Source: Gemmatimonadota bacterium (lineage in GTDB: Bacteria > Gemmatimonadota > Gemmatimonadetes > Gemmatimonadales > GWC2-71-9). Taken from it: DNA of 22,102 bases. The notes beneath the pieces are model-generated. The model worked only from the letters and a program-made list of their open reading frames with translations. It did not search any database and was not told the DNA's origin. Shown piece after piece: positions 1-8,579 of this stretch. Position 1 is the stretch's first letter. Each line of letters opens with the position of its first letter. A program made the position numbers and the translations under genes. Where the stretch lies: the NCBI GenBank assembly GCA_039586365.1, contig JBDHKN010000076.1, forward strand, positions 1-22,102, in the 5' to 3' direction.

Positions 1-153
1 GTCCGCGAGCATCCACGCCTTGTGAACGCCGTCCATACACCCCCACACCGCATGCGTGAGGAAGTGTGACCCGGTTCTGAGGAAGACCTCTACGATCCGG
101 GTGCAAGCCAGCACATCAGGTTCGTGTGGCACTTCGATGAGGAATCTTGCCAT
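1..153 (-). CDS. Small hypothetical protein with His/Cys residues (3' end runs off the window)
   Basis: Not in the ORF track. Manual translation from ATG at 153 gives MARFLIEVPHEPDVLACTRIVEVFLRTGSHFLTHAVWGCMDGVHKAWMLAD..., open to the window edge. A purine-rich RBS (AAGAAAGG) lies just upstream. Confidence 0.7.
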   Translation of the reverse strand, partial: MARFLIEVPHEPDVLACTRIVEVFLRTGSHFLTHAVWGCMDGVHKAWMLAD

Positions 154-441
154 CGCATTAACCTTTCTTACTGCCCGCAGGCTCAGGGGTCAAAGGCGCT
201 ACGATCAGCGCCCGCTCAACCACGACCTTCAAGTACCAGATAGAACGGTGTTTCCATTGTTCGGTGGGATCCACCAAGAACCCACCTTCCAGAACACGTC
301 CGCGCTCGCGAACACCGGAGCGAACCTAACTTTGGTCCGTGTGGCTGTTAGGGAGTGCTTGTCACAGGCCCTGCCTCCACGGTTGAGGGTACTCCGATGC
401 ATTCCCTAAATCCGATCCCAGCACATCCTGCTCGTCGTCCG

Positions 442-1056
442 CTAGATCAACGGCGTAACAATCGCCGTGGCGATCAACGCCGCGGCCCAGATGAGATCGA
501 GGTTGATCCATGCGCTGCGTAGCAACCGGAGTCCGAGCTTGTGATAGACGAGAAGCGCAACGCAGCCCGCCACCAGCAGGTATGCAGTCGTATGGAGTAC
601 AGTGGCCGCCAAGCTGATCGGATGAGCACTCATGCCGGCCATACTCACGCCGTCCCGCATCGCGTGTCCTTCGTGGCCGATCACGAACGGCAACACCATG
701 AGTCCCGCGCCGTGGGCCGAGGCCATGAGCATCGACCAGAGCGTGAGGCCGCCCATGCCCACCTGCATGCCTCCATAACTCGGATGGCGGCTCCGGACCA
801 GCTTGAAGATCCCGAAGCCGAGGAGCGCCGCCGCTACCAACCACTTCAGGAACTCGACCGGGATCACCAGTCCGAGAAGTAGACCCATGAGCAGCGTCTG
901 CCCGACCGCCAACGCATGGCCCAGCGCGAGCGGTGGGAGGGCGCGCCACACGGCGCGCCCTCGTCCTTCCTGGATCCCCAAAGCGACGGCGAAGAGCCAC
1001 CCCATACCGGGGTTGATCCCGTGCCACGCTCCGAGTGCCACGACCGCGGTGATCAT
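442..1056 (-). CDS. Multi-pass membrane protein associated with the SBP56 gene, with a His/Met-rich loop
   Basis: 204 aa with about 6 hydrophobic segments. N-terminal WHGINPGMGWLFAVALG, and SAHGAG followed by GHEGHAMRDGVSMAGMSAH. Its ATG overlaps the upstream stop (ATGA, 1053-1056). Confidence 0.85.
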   Translation of the reverse strand: MITAVVALGAWHGINPGMGWLFAVALGIQEGRGRAVWRALPPLALGHALAVGQTLLMGLLLGLVIPVEFLKWLVAAALLGFGIFKLVRSRHPSYGGMQVGMGGLTLWSMLMASAHGAGLMVLPFVIGHEGHAMRDGVSMAGMSAHPISLAATVLHTTAYLLVAGCVALLVYHKLGLRLLRSAWINLDLIWAAALIATAIVTPLI

Positions 1057-2474
1057 GAGAAGCAGAACGAGTCGGAGGACGCGTCGCCGTTCTGCAGCCG
1101 GACCTGGTGTGCCCTGAGATCGGGATGGAACTCCAAAAAGAACTTCTTGTCAAGCGCGATTCCTCCCTTGGGATCCGCATTGAGCTTCACCATCCAACTC
1201 TTGATCCCGTCGGGGTAAAACTGGTCGTCCCAGGTCGTGTACAGACTGTTCGTGAAGTACACGCGCTTGCCGTCGCGGCTGATCTCTACCATCTGCGGGC
1301 CACCGTTCAGGGCCTGCTTGGGCCGGCCAGGGTGAGCGGCGCGGCTCACGATCCCACCGATACGCACCGAGCCCAGCTTCTTCGGGTTGAATGGATCCGA
1401 GACGTCGTACTGCTGCATCTCGCCGGTTCCCCAACACGCTACGTAGAGCATGTTGTCATCTACAGACAGGTTGATGTCCGTGACCAGCGGCGGCACGGCC
1501 CCGAAGCCCTTGAGCAGTGGCGGGAGGTCATCGGCATCCGCTGGTTCGGCAGGGATCTCGATCACCTTCTTCACCTTCCACTCCTTATCCTGGTGATCCA
1601 GGTACCACAGCCACACCGACGCCGAGAGGTCTTCGGTGGAAATCACCACGCCCGCGAAACCGTAGGCCTTCTTCGGGTCGTGCGCCGGACGCAGCTCTAG
1701 CACCATTTGGTATTGGTCGCCCAGCTTGAGCACCTTCTCGTGGCGCCGCTTGCGCATGTCCCACACGTGCAGGGAATTGCCGTACTTGCCGCTGAGCAGG
1801 AGCTCGGGGTTGATGCCGTCGAGAAACATGCTTGGCGTTCCCCACTCGCTGGTGATCATCTTGCCGTAGCCGAGGTGCCACCAGAAGTCGTACTGGAAAT
1901 ACTGCGGTCCACGGTCCGCTTCCCATGCCTTCTGAAGTTCGAACGTTTCGTGGTCGAGCATGAAGATCCCACCTGGGCCATCTGCGCCGACCTTGCCGTT
2001 GCCGTTGGCGGAGCCCAATGCGCTCACATACACACCGTCGGGACCGCAGTGCACCGTGTGCGGCGATTTGTAGCCGGTGCGTTTGGCGACCTCATCGGCC
2101 TCGATCACCTTGATGAGCTTGGGATTACGCGGGTTCTCCTTAGTGTCGATGATGTGCAACCGGGAGGACCTGAGACCCGGTACTACCAGGTAGCGTCGCT
2201 CTACGTGCGCGTGCGGCGCCCACGGGCAGAGATGCGAGCTGCACGCGTTCCAGCCAAAGTGATGCAGCTCGTTGTCGGCATCGGGCAGATCGACCTGCCC
2301 GACGAGTTGGCCGTAGCTAGGCGAAGCGGGATCGACGTCCACGACGCCCAGCGCATCGGACTGTCCTTCATACTTCGGGTTCATCATGGCCACGTACGCC
2401 AGTCCCTCCGGCGGGGCCTCCATGGCCAACGTCGGTGACGGGTAGAACGACGGATCGGGTCGGAGAGGTGACAT
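1053..2474 (-). CDS. Selenium-binding protein SBP56 / SELENBP1 family (methanethiol oxidase-like)
   Basis: Family motifs [74 protein letters not shown] and C-terminal GDASSD. True start is probably ATG 2474 with RBS GGAGGA at 2481-2486, giving 473 aa. No signal peptide. Confidence 0.93.
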   Translation of the reverse strand: [473 protein letters not shown]

Positions 2475-2558
2475 CTGTAGTCCTCCTTGCTTGGTCTTTA
2501 CGCTCGCCACTGAGGTGCGAAGCTTCCTTGCTTGGTTCTGTGCTCCTGCTATGCAAAG

Positions 2559-2584
2559 GCGCAGCTTCCTTCGATTCGGGCTCA
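2559..2584 (-). promoter_or_regulatory. Putative ECF promoter TGAGCC-N16-GCGC upstream of the SBP56 operon
   Basis: Minus strand reads TGAGCCcgaatcgaaggaagctGCGC, 85 nt before the start. Same spacing as the sites at 6725, 8419 and 10828. Confidence 0.65.
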
Positions 2585-2604
2585 TGCGCCCTGCTGATGA
2601 CTCC

Positions 2605-2765
2605 TGGTGCTTCAGCTCCATAGGTGAGACGTCTGAGTTGATCCTGAAGGTGGCCCGGATGCTCTCAAAGCCAGTACGCACCTCGCTGCTCAGCGCGAGA
2701 AAAGCGCGAGCGTCGAGGTCTCCCTCGGCCAATGCGCCTTCGCGATTGACACGACCACTCCGTCG
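2605..2765 (-). pseudogene. OsmC/Ohr-family gene remnant (internal fragment)
   Basis: Translates AEGDLDARAFLALSSEVRTGFESIRATFRINSDVSPMELK, resembling the EGDLDLRGFLG..VRPGF..IR region of OsmC-like proteins. The Cys-bearing segments and a credible RBS/start are missing. Boundaries approximate. Confidence 0.65.
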
Positions 2766-2860
2766 GCGCATCCTGGGTTCGGACTGGTTTTTTCGGCTCC
2801 CACGACTTATTTACACCTCCGCATTTACGGTCTCCGGCCAGACGCCGGGAGGGTAGGTCT

Positions 2861-3415
2861 ATGGGATCGGATGTGACTCAGGTCCTGATCGAGTTGGGTC
2901 AGGGCGATCGTGCTGCCTTGGATCGCCTGCTCCCGCTCGTCTACGATGAATTGCGCCGGCTCGCCGAGGGACAGCTCAGGCGGGAACGCGTAGGCCACAC
3001 ACTCTCACCCACGGCATTGGTACACGAGGCGTACCTCAAACTGGTCCAGCTGGACAGGATCGACTGGAAAGGCCGGGCGCACTTTTTCGGAGCCTGCGCG
3101 CACTCGATGCGGCGAATCCTCATCAGCTACGCACGAATGAAGAAGGCCAACAAGCGTGGTGCTGGAAAGGAACACGTTCCGATCGAGAACGTCGTTCTCG
3201 CCGCGCAAGAGCAACCCGCGGAAGTGGTGGCATTGGACGAGGCATTGACCAAACTGGAGCAACTGAGTGAGCGCCAGGCTCGCATCGTCGAGTGCCGCTT
3301 CTTCGCCGGGATGGGCGTCGAGGAGACCGCCGCAGCTCTCGATGTCTCTCCCGCGACGGTCAAACGAGACTGGACAACAGCGCGGGCATTCCTGAATCGC
3401 GAGCTGTCCCGGTGA
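2861..3415 (+). CDS. ECF sigma factor, ECF43/TIGR02999-like (kinase-associated)
   Basis: 184 aa with VYDELRRLA, HTLSPTALVHEAYLKL, HFFG-CA-SMRRILISYAR and region 4 IVECRFFAGMGVEETA-LDVSPATVKRDW. RBS GGAGG upstream. Coupled to the kinase gene. Confidence 0.93.
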   Translation: MGSDVTQVLIELGQGDRAALDRLLPLVYDELRRLAEGQLRRERVGHTLSPTALVHEAYLKLVQLDRIDWKGRAHFFGACAHSMRRILISYARMKKANKRGAGKEHVPIENVVLAAQEQPAEVVALDEALTKLEQLSERQARIVECRFFAGMGVEETAAALDVSPATVKRDWTTARAFLNRELSR

Positions 3416-6360
3416 GCGAAGCCAGCATGACCCCCGAACGCTGGGAACGGGTCCAGGAGATCTTCCACGCCGCGCTGCAGATCGACCCACAAGAGCGAGA
3501 GATGTTGATCGAGCGGGAATCGGCGGGAGACGCTGAGCTGGCCACACAAGTGGCCTCGTTGCTGGAGGCCAACGATAGCCATGGCCTGGTTGGAGCGGTT
3601 CCAGATACCGGCATCAGGCTGGCTCCTTCGCTCGACTTTATCGGGCCTTACCGTGTCCTCCGGACGCTCGGCCAAGGGGGGATGGCCACCGTCTACCTCG
3701 CCGAGCGCACCGGGGAAGGCTTCACCCAGCGCGTTGCCGTCAAGCTGCTGCGTCTCGGCTTCGCTGATCCGAGGCTCGACGACCGTCTCCTGAGCGAACG
3801 GCAGATCCTGGCACAGTTGGAGCACCCCGGGATCGCGCGCCTGGTTGACGGCGGCGCCACGCCTGAAGGTCAACCGTACTTCGCCATGGAGTACGTGGAA
3901 GGCCTTGGCCTCACCGACTACTGCACGCAGAACCAATTGACCGTGTCGGATCGGTTGAAGCTGTTCCTGGAAGTCTGCACCGTAGTCCACTTCGCGCACC
4001 AGCAGCTGGTCGTGCACCGTGACCTCAAGCCCAGCAACATCATGGTATCCGACGACGGACGCGTGAAGCTGCTGGATTTCGGTCTCGCTAAGCTCCTTGA
4101 TCCATCTCACGGAGTAGAGGGAGCGACCCTCACGGTACCCTGTTTCACACCCGCCTACGCGAGTCCGGAGCAGGTCCGGGGCCGTCAGGTGGGGACACCT
4201 TCAGACGTCTTTTCCCTCGGTGTGGTGCTGTACGAGATACTGTCCGGTACGCTTCCCTTCCAGATGGAGTCGGCCTCACCTGCCGAGATTGAGCGCATCG
4301 TGTGCAACACGCATCCGGAGCGGCCCAGTGTAAGGGTGGCCCAGAAACGTGTGCGACAGTTACTCGAAGGAGACCTCGACACCATTGTCCTGAAGGCACT
4401 CGCGAAGGACCCGGCTCGACGATACGGATCGGCAGAGCAGTTGGCTGACGACATCCGCCGCCACCTGCGCGGACTTCCCGTGCGGGCACGGCCGGACAGC
4501 ATGACCTACCGGCTCGGCAAGTTCATACAGCGCAACAGGACTGGTGTGGCGGCGGCAGCGTTGGTGGCCGTCTCACTGATGGGTGGTACGCTGGTGGCCG
4601 GATGGCAGGCACGCAGAGCGACCGCACAGCGAGATCTAGCAGCCGACGAGGCCCGGAAGGCTGCCCTGGTGACCACGCTGATGGTGGATCTGTTCCGGCT
4701 CTCTGACCCCACGGCGACCTTGGGCGACAGGGTCACCGCACGTGAACTACTTGATCGCGGAGTCGAGCGCATCGAGCGAGAGTTCGGCGCGCAGCCGGAT
4801 GTGCAGGCACAGGTGTTCACAGAAGTGGCCCGCGTCTACGCCAACCTGGGCCTGCTCGAACGGGCCGAGCAACTTGCTCGGCGGGCGCTGGACATCCACA
4901 ACGACCTCCACGGCCCCGAGAGCCTCGAGGCTTCGGCCAGCCTCGACCAACTCGGAGAGATGCACGCAATACAGGGCAATAACGAAGCGGCAGTAGAGGA
5001 ATACAGGCGTGCAGTGGCAATCCGCTCCGCGGCCCTCACCCAACCTGATACCCTCCTCGCTCATATCCAGTCGGAATTGGGCTTCCTTCTCAGATCCGCA
5101 GGTGAACACGAGGAGGCGGGCGACATGTTCACCCAGGCGCTCGAGACCCAGCGCCAGCTGCTGGGTGACGAACGACCTGAGGTCGCGATGACGCTATTCG
5201 GTTTGGCGGCGACATTTCATGACCGCGGCAGCTTCGACGAAGCGGAACAGTTGTTCCAGAATGCCCTGGCGGACTACGACGTCGCGCGTGGCAGACCTCA
5301 CCCGATGGCGGCCACCGCGCTTCTCAACGTCGGAATGATCAGGCGCTTGCGCGAACAGTACCGGGCGGGCGAACCGCTGTTGCGTGCGGCCGTATCGATG
5401 CGCTCGGCCCTGTACAAAGCGGACCATCCCGACGTCATTGAAGCCCTGGCCCAGTGGGGCATCGACCTCACGGAACTGGGCCGCTACGCAGAGGCGGAAC
5501 CCGTTCTGACGGACGGACTGGAGCGATCAGACCGCTCTCTGGGAGTAGATCACCCGTTCTCCAGCACATTGCGAGAAGCGCTGGCCGTGCTGGAAACAGC
5601 CACCGGCAGACACGCCGAGGCGGCTGCCCGCTTCGATACTTCGTTGGCGGTGAAGCGGGACCGCTATGGAGACGACCACCCGCAGCTCGTGTTCGCCCTG
5701 CTGCGGTCGGCACGACCCCTGATTGAAGGTGGTCGCCTCTCCGAGGCAGAGGCTCGGCTCGACTCGGCCCTCGCGCTGGGAGACCCCGACTCGCGCGGTG
5801 TGTCGGACCTGCTTGGCCTGAGCAGCAAGGTCCAGATCGAGCTGCGACGTGGCCGACTCCGAGCGGCTGATAGCTTGCTGAGCGAGGCGGAGTCCATCGC
5901 CCGCGATCAACTGCGCGAATCGCACCGTTACACACTGATGCTCGGACGCGAAAGGGCAGAGCTATTCTTGGAACTGGATCAGCCCGATCAGGCCGTACCG
6001 ATTCTGCAACGTGTACTGGAAGGTGAGCGCGCAGTGCGCCCGCCGCCACACCCCCGCGTCGGCAGCACTCTCAGGCTACTGGGAGCAGCGTACCTCGCCC
6101 AAGGGAAGGGCGAGTTGGCTGAGCACACCCTCCACTCTGCACAATCCGAGCTGCGCGAGCTACCAGAGTGGCACTGGGAGGTAGGAGAGGTTGAGAGCCT
6201 CCTGGGTGCCGCGTTGCTGGCTCAGGGAAGACCGGAAGAAGCCCTACCACTGCTCGAACAGGGACTGGAGACTGTGCGGGACTACCGGGGTCCAGGTTCC
6301 AGGGTGGCGGTGCGGGCAGAGCGCAGATTGGCGCTAGTAAGGGGAAGCTCTCCTCGTTAG
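3412..6360 (+). CDS. Membrane Ser/Thr protein kinase with C-terminal TPR domain
   Basis: Hanks motifs GQGGMATVY, VAVK, HRDLKPSN, DFG, TPAYASPE and SDVFSLG. One TM helix (GVAAAALVAVSLMGGTLVAGW), then many TPR-like repeats. Start is GTG 3412 (GTGA overlap with the sigma stop) or ATG 3427. Confidence 0.93.
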   Translation: MSEASMTPERWERVQEIFHAALQIDPQEREMLIERESAGDAELATQVASLLEANDSHGLVGAVPDTGIRLAPSLDFIGPYRVLRTLGQGGMATVYLAERTGEGFTQRVAVKLLRLGFADPRLDDRLLSERQILAQLEHPGIARLVDGGATPEGQPYFAMEYVEGLGLTDYCTQNQLTVSDRLKLFLEVCTVVHFAHQQLVVHRDLKPSNIMVSDDGRVKLLDFGLAKLLDPSHGVEGATLTVPCFTPAYASPEQVRGRQVGTPSDVFSLGVVLYEILSGTLPFQMESASPAEIERIVCNTHPERPSVRVAQKRVRQLLEGDLDTIVLKALAKDPARRYGSAEQLADDIRRHLRGLPVRARPDSMTYRLGKFIQRNRTGVAAAALVAVSLMGGTLVAGWQARRATAQRDLAADEARKAALVTTLMVDLFRLSDPTATLGDRVTARELLDRGVERIEREFGAQPDVQAQVFTEVARVYANLGLLERAEQLARRALDIHNDLHGPESLEASASLDQLGEMHAIQGNNEAAVEEYRRAVAIRSAALTQPDTLLAHIQSELGFLLRSAGEHEEAGDMFTQALETQRQLLGDERPEVAMTLFGLAATFHDRGSFDEAEQLFQNALADYDVARGRPHPMAATALLNVGMIRRLREQYRAGEPLLRAAVSMRSALYKADHPDVIEALAQWGIDLTELGRYAEAEPVLTDGLERSDRSLGVDHPFSSTLREALAVLETATGRHAEAAARFDTSLAVKRDRYGDDHPQLVFALLRSARPLIEGGRLSEAEARLDSALALGDPDSRGVSDLLGLSSKVQIELRRGRLRAADSLLSEAESIARDQLRESHRYTLMLGRERAELFLELDQPDQAVPILQRVLEGERAVRPPPHPRVGSTLRLLGAAYLAQGKGELAEHTLHSAQSELRELPEWHWEVGEVESLLGAALLAQGRPEEALPLLEQGLETVRDYRGPGSRVAVRAERRLALVRGSSPR

Positions 6361-6400
6361 ATCCCCCCAACCCATCCAAGCACCCTAGGGCCGAGTTGCG

Positions 6401-6418
6401 TGAGCCGGAAGCGGCTCA
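6401..6418. repeat. Perfect inverted repeat TGAGCCG-gaag-CGGCTCA
   Basis: 7-bp stem and 4-nt loop, 40 nt after the kinase stop and at the broken end of the MFS remnant. No U-tract. Confidence 0.6.
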
Positions 6419-6439
6419 GCATGACGGGTGTGCCGCCGG

Positions 6440-6615
6440 GCACGCCAACCTGGTGCCGTGGCCAGCTGAGCTAGAGCGAAGGCAGACACCCGGACGCCGA
6501 CGACTGCCTCACCCGCGCGGAGGTCGCTGGCGTAGTAGGGCAGCAACGGCAGGATCATCGCGAATCCCACCATGTCCACAAATGCTGCTACTAATAGAAC
6601 GACCATTCCAGTCAT
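6440..6615 (-). pseudogene. MFS (TetA/DHA1-like) transporter 5' remnant
   Basis: MTGMVVLLVAAFVDMVGFAMILPLLPYYASDLRAGEAVVGVRVSAFALAQLATAPGW matches TM1-TM2 of DHA1 transporters. Similarity stops before motif A, and TM2 contains an Arg. Confidence 0.8.
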
Positions 6616-6724
6616 TGTGTCACACACAACTCTCGGCTAGTCAACGCGCCGCCCAGCGGGGCCGCACCCATATGAGACACTGGATCGTCTCGGCAGGGCT
6701 CAGGCGCCCGCTGGCAGTCCGGCG

Positions 6725-6750
6725 TGAGCCGATTTCTCTGACTACTGCGC
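6725..6750 (+). promoter_or_regulatory. Putative ECF promoter TGAGCC-N16-GCGC upstream of the FAD oxidase
   Basis: TGAGCCgatttctctgactactGCGC, 86 nt before ATG 6836. Confidence 0.68.
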
Positions 6751-6835
6751 CACTATGTCGGAGTGAGGACTAAATGCCGGCTAGCTGGGTGGAGGGCCAG
6801 CCGACTAAACGAATGTGACTGACTAATCTGGAGGT

Positions 6836-8263
6836 ATGATGAACGATCTGACTATGGCCACCACCAACGGCGGAAGCGCGACGATTGCTGGCGACGCGAT
6901 CGACCTTCTCGCGACGGGATTGCGTGGCGAGCTGTTGACACCCGACTCAATCGGCTACGATGACGCGCGGACCATCTGGAACGCCATGATCGATAAGCGT
7001 CCCGGCATGATTGTCGAGTGCGCGGGCCCTGCAGATGTCATGAGGGCGATCAGTTTCGCCCGCGAACACAGTCTCCTGGTCTCCGTACGCGCTGCCGGTC
7101 ACAACATCGCCGGCAACGCGGTAAGCGACGGTGGCATCATGATCTCGCTAGCCAACATGAAGTCGGTCAGAGTGGATCCGTCTGCCAAGCGCGCTTGGGT
7201 CGAGCCGGGCGTCACCTTGGGCGACTTGGACGGCGAGACGCAGGCCCACGGGCTTGCGGTCCCCGTCGGGATCAACTCCACCACCGGCATTGCCGGGCTC
7301 ACACTGGGCGGCGGCTTTGGCTGGCTCAGCCGCAAGTACGGGTTGACCATCGACAGTCTGATCTCTGCTGACGTAGTGACCGCAAGCGGGAAGATGGTGC
7401 GGGCAAGCAAGACAGAGAACGCGGACCTCTTCTGGGGAATCCGTGGCGGCGGTGGGAACTTCGGGATCGTCACCGCATTCGAGTTCGCGCTACACCCAGT
7501 GGGTCCGGAGGTGTTGTCAGGCCTGATCGTGCATCCGTTTCGGGATGCCAAGGAGATACTCACGTACTACCGCGAGTTTACTGCGCAGGCTCCGGACGAA
7601 CTGAGCGTGTGGGTGGTGATGCGGAAAGCGCCGCCGCTGCCATTTCTGCCGGAGAACGTTCACGGCACTGATGTCTTGGTGCTCGCGGCAATGTACACCG
7701 GGGATATGGCCGAAGGCGAAAAAGCACTCGCTCCACTGAGGAAGTTCGGCAACCCGATTGCCGACGTGATCAGTCCGCACCAGTTCACAGGATTCCAGTC
7801 CGCATTCGATCCGCTTCTCACCCCCGGTGTGCGGAACTACTGGAAATCGCACGACTTCCTCAAGCTGAGTGACGACCTGCTCGACACGTTGGTCGGGTAT
7901 GTCGAGAAGTTGCCGGATGCTCAGTGTGAGGTCTTCATCGCCCAGATGGGCGGTGCCACGAATCGCGTGCCGGCCGACGCCACGGCGTACCGCCACCGCG
8001 ATGTCGAGTTCATCATGAACGTGCACGGCCGGTGGGACGATCCCAAAGCTGACGGCAAGTGCATTGGTTGGTGCCGCGAGCTGTTCGATGCAGCTACGCC
8101 GCATGCGACGGGCGGAGTATACGTCAACTTCATGACGGAAGAGGAAGCACAGCGGGTAGAGGCCGCATACGGCGACAGCTACAAGAAGCTGGTGGAGCTG
8201 AAGAACAAGTACGACCCTACCAACATGTTCCGGTTGAACCAGAACATTCGGCCTACTGCGTAA
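6836..8263 (+). CDS. FAD-linked oxidase, VAO/BBE family (6-hydroxy-D-nicotine oxidase-like)
   Basis: RAAGHN (His for covalent FAD), TGIAGLTLGGGFG, LFWGIRGGGGNFGIVT and C-terminal BBE motif YVNF...KNKYDPTNMFRLNQNI. RBS GGAGG at 6830-6834, so the start could be 6836 or 6839. Confidence 0.93.
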   Translation: MMNDLTMATTNGGSATIAGDAIDLLATGLRGELLTPDSIGYDDARTIWNAMIDKRPGMIVECAGPADVMRAISFAREHSLLVSVRAAGHNIAGNAVSDGGIMISLANMKSVRVDPSAKRAWVEPGVTLGDLDGETQAHGLAVPVGINSTTGIAGLTLGGGFGWLSRKYGLTIDSLISADVVTASGKMVRASKTENADLFWGIRGGGGNFGIVTAFEFALHPVGPEVLSGLIVHPFRDAKEILTYYREFTAQAPDELSVWVVMRKAPPLPFLPENVHGTDVLVLAAMYTGDMAEGEKALAPLRKFGNPIADVISPHQFTGFQSAFDPLLTPGVRNYWKSHDFLKLSDDLLDTLVGYVEKLPDAQCEVFIAQMGGATNRVPADATAYRHRDVEFIMNVHGRWDDPKADGKCIGWCRELFDAATPHATGGVYVNFMTEEEAQRVEAAYGDSYKKLVELKNKYDPTNMFRLNQNIRPTA

Positions 8264-8395
8264 CCGATATTGTCACGACGCCCACCGACGCTCACGGACG
8301 CAACCGCATTCCCCGCGAGCCATGGCCTGCTGCGCCGGGCATGGATAGCTGCCGATGACTCTCGAGCACCGCGGAGGCTCCGGATGTGAAACGCA

Positions 8396-8579
8396 ACGGA
8401 CCGGTGTTGCCGACGTGATGAGCCGATTGGGCTCAGTCCTGCGCTTCGGTTCATGACGGGCACGAGGTCCCGCCGAAGGTCCACCGCTCAGCTCACGAAA
8501 GGGAGCACTCACTAATGACACCACGTCAGCCTCCTATCGATCCCATGCTCGCCTTCCTCGTGGTGGCGTTTGTCGCCGG
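8396..8579 (+). repeat. Copy 1 of ~183-bp inverted duplication (promoter, 5'UTR, RBS, first 22 codons of cytochrome c)
   Basis: Aligns by eye to the reverse complement of 10670-10851 with about 24 differences (roughly 85-87% identity). Confidence 0.92.
8419..8444 (+). promoter_or_regulatory. Putative ECF promoter TGAGCC-N16-GCGC upstream of cytochrome c
   Basis: TGAGCCgattgggctcagtcctGCGC, 71 nt before ATG 8515. Confidence 0.68.

Noticed and set aside
2593..2606. GCTGATGACTCCTG resembles the 3' end of a fluoride (crcB) riboswitch
   Set aside because: The required 5' GATGGAGTTC/P1 element is absent upstream, and the sequence lies at the end of the OsmC remnant on the opposite strand.
1053..2771. 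572-aa SBP56 with a long N-terminal extension, or a selenocysteine-containing fusion
   Set aside because: There is a strong RBS at 2481-2486 and a promoter-like motif inside the extension. The extension is an OsmC remnant, and no in-frame TGA was found in these genes.
8465..8495. CGCCGAAGG...CTCAG resembles a glycine riboswitch core
   Set aside because: There is no GGAGA element or room for P3, and the duplicate copy changes the core to CGACGAAGG.
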